A DNA stretch of 64,000 nucleotides, taken from NCBI RefSeq assembly GCF_964213995.1, contig NW_027590119.1, positions 1,550,001 to 1,614,000 of the forward strand, written 5' to 3'. A model generated the notes under the pieces. The model did not search any database. It saw only the letters and a list, made by a program, of their open reading frames with translations, and was not told where the DNA came from. Shown here piece by piece: positions 61,444 through 64,000 of the stretch. This DNA is from Mustelus asterias. Taxonomy: Eukaryota. The translations under genes were made by a program, and so were the position numbers. Position 1 is the first letter of the stretch. The number at the start of each line of letters is the position of its first letter.

Positions 61444-61618
61444 CAGTAAGTCTCACAACACTAGGTTAAAGTCCAACAGGTTTATTTGTAATCACGAGCT
61501 TTTGGAGCACTGCTCCTTCCTCAGGTCACTCACCTGATGGACTTTAACCTGGTATTGTGAGACTTCTTACTATGCCCAACACAGTCCAACGCCGTCATCT
61601 CCACATCATGGCTACCAC
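61444..61618. mobile_element. Inverted pair of Penelope-like termini with degenerate hammerhead motifs
   Basis: AAGTCTCACAACACTAGGTTAAAGTCCA (about 61448) and its reverse complement TGGACTTTAACCTGGTATTGTGAGACTT (about 61538); same family as 63697. Confidence 0.65.
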
Positions 61619-61744
61619 GCAGAGTTAGCATGGATTTGAGTTGCCAAATGCATTTCCTTCCATGTTGTATTCTCTGCATCACTGGAAATTGATAAAGCAG
61701 CCACACTGCTGTATATTTCAAGACAAAAAATAGGGATCATAAAT

Positions 61745-62930
61745 AACATAGAACATAGAAAAGCTACAGCACAAACAGGCCCTCCGGCCCACAAGTTGTG
61801 CCGAACATGACCCTACCTACTAGGCTTACCTATAACCCTCGATCTTACTAACTTCCATGAACTTATCCAAAAGTCTCGACCCTATCGAATCCGCCTCCAC
61901 CGCCACTACCGGCAGCCGATTCCACGCACCCACCACCCTCTGAGTGAAAAACTTACCCCTAACATCTCCTCTGTACCTACTCCCCAGCACCCTAAACCTG
62001 TGACCTCTTGTGGCAACCATTTCAGCCCTGGGTAAAAGCCTCTGAGAATCCACTCTATCAATACCTCTCAACATCTTATACACATCTATCAGGTCACCTC
62101 TCATCCTTCGCTTCTCCAAGGAGAAAAGACCTAGCTCGCTCAACCTATCCTCATAAGGCATGCCACCTAACCCAGGCAACATTCTTGTAAATCTCCTCTG
62201 CACCCTTTCTGTGGCTTCCACATCCTTTCTGTAATGAGGCGACCAGAACTGGGCACAGTACTCCTCCAAGTGGGGTCTGACCAGGGTCCTATACAGCTGC
62301 AGCATTATCTCCCGATTTCTAAACTCAATTCCTCTATTGATGAAGGCCAGTATTCCATACGCCTTCTTAACCACAGCCTCGACCTGCGATGCTGCTTTGA
62401 GTGTCCTATGAACCCAGACCCCAAGATCCTTCTGATCTTCCACACTGCCAAGCGTCTTACCATTAATATTATATTCTTTCATCCTACTCGGCCTGCCAAA
62501 ATGAACCACCACACACTTATCTGGGTTGAAGACCATCTGCCACTTCTCCACCCAGTCTTGCATCTTATCTATGCCTCGTTGCAACTGCTGACATCCCTCT
62601 ACACTATCCACAACACCACCAACCTTTGTGTCATCAGCAAACTTGCCAACCCATCCTTCCACTTCCTCATCCAGGTCATTTATAAAAATCACAAAGAGCA
62701 AGGGTCCCAGAACAGATCCCTGGGGCACTCCACTGGTGACCGACCTCCATACTGAAAAAGACCCATCTACAACCACTCTTTGCCTTCTGTGGGCAAGCCA
62801 GTTCTGAATCCACAAAGCAATGTCCCCTTGTATCCCATGCCCCTTCACTTTCTCAATAAGCCTTGCATGGGGCACCTTATCAAACACCTTGCTGAAATAC
62901 ATATAAACTACATCTACCGCTCTTCCCTCG
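61745..62930 (-). mobile_element. 5'-truncated CR1 related to family A, with an open RT C-terminal frame
   Basis: ORF 61826..62953 is highly similar to 24531..26159; TTCTATG tail. Confidence 0.92.
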
Positions 62931-63229
62931 TAACATATCTCTCTCCCATACAAATTTACTGGTAAAACGGAATTGTGAACATTGGGTAAGAGGCTCCCCT
63001 ATTAGCCAGATAAACTGAGGGAACTAAAAGATGTCAATGTCTCTGAGAGAGAAAGAAAAATATACCTGGGCCTAGTCCTGTTCCTGAATCCGGTCTTCAT
63101 CTGTAACCTTTCCAGAGTCTGCAGCCTCCCTGGATTCACTTCCTTTCCCTTCAGTTGCTGCAAGTCCCCAATTTCCCCCAGAATGAGAAAAGAAATGGAA
63201 AGGGGGAAACATTGATTTCCTCCCAGATG

Positions 63230-63600
63230 TTACACAGAGGCGGAAGTTTCAATCATTGGCCAATTTCCGCATTGTGACGGCACAATTGAGCTTAGCCTGA
63301 ATTAGCCAATAGGAATAAGTCTGTTCCGATGTGACGTGCTGTGGTTTCAGTGCGCAGGCCCGGGCGCGCGGACCCGGGAGCCCCGCCCCCTCCCATTGAT
63401 TCCCCTCCTCCTGCACCTCCTCCAGCCAAGGTTTCCAGGCAACCGGCTGATGGCTCCGGCCAGAGCGAGAAGCCGCTCGGTGATTTCCCCCCTCTCTCTC
63501 CGGCGGCTGCGGCTCCAAAAAGAGACCTCTCTCTGCGCCTGCTCCGGACAGCTGGGCTCAGCAGCGCTCTCTGCGCCTGCGTGCTGGGCTGCCAGCTGAG
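63230..63600. promoter_or_regulatory. CpG-rich promoter region (type 1), paralogue of 3140-3700
   Basis: Colinear similarity of 62970-63690 to 2870-3790; CCAAT at about 63306, CGGAAGT at 63241; one 38-bp unit at 63533-63570. Confidence 0.65.
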
Positions 63601-63696
63601 GGAGTGGGGGAGGGGACTTTGCAAAATCTCTTCCCATCATTTTCTTCCCAGTCCCGCAGTTTGATTTGAAACAGCACAGCTTCTGTTTTTAGCTTC

Positions 63697-64000
63697 ACAG
63701 TAAGAAGTCTCACAACACCAGGTTAAAGTCCAACAGGTTTATTTGGTAGCAAATACCATAAGCTTTCGGAGCGCTGCTCCTTCGTCAGGTGGAGTGGATA
63801 TCTGTTCTCCAACAGTGCACAGACACAGAAATCAAATTACAGAATACTAATTAGAATGCGAATCTCTACAGCCAGCCAGGTCTTAAAGGTACAGACAATG
63901 TGGGTGGAGGGAACATTCAACTCAGGTTAAAGAGATGTGTATTGTCTCCAGACAGAACAGCTAGTGAGATTCTGCAAGTCCAGGGGGAAAGCTGGACAAA
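63697..64000 (-). mobile_element. Penelope-like element terminus, running off the window end
   Basis: Homologous to 53753..54040 and 61444..61618; carries a hammerhead core. No ORF is visible within the window. Confidence 0.65.
63756..63792 (-). ncRNA. Minimal type I hammerhead ribozyme motif
   Basis: Minus strand CCAC-CUGACGA-A-GGAGC(AGC)GCUCC-GAAA-GC-UU-AUGG: conserved core, 5-bp stem II and palindromic AGCU stem III region, as described for Penelope-like elements. Confidence 0.65.

Overview
Vertebrate genomic DNA, most likely an elasmobranch (shark/ray). This is inferred from HE1/V-SINE-like tRNA SINEs, a SacSINE1/DeuSINE-like element, and shark-type CR1 LINE and Penelope-like ends. The window is a cluster of tandem C2H2 zinc-finger genes with no recognisable KRAB domain: about 7 apparently translatable ORFs with 5-15 intact fingers, plus a likely pseudogene and three remnants. 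They are served by three pairs of paralogous CpG-rich promoters and sit in a dense, nested pile of CR1 LINEs from at least 5 families, SINEs, L2 fragments, Penelope-type termini with minimal hammerhead ribozyme motifs, and an orphan hAT terminal repeat. The most notable observations are: (1) a shared leader of three dead 'ghost' fingers with the same two TGA lesions in front of five ZNF genes; (2) a conserved post-stop element that reads as an in-frame peptide and is translated in one paralog; (3) two independent CR1 copies carrying the same stop codon between endonuclease and RT; (4) one CR1 family inserted antisense twice at almost the same homologous position of other CR1s; (5) hammerhead ribozyme motifs. 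All alignments were done by eye, and repeat boundaries are approximate.
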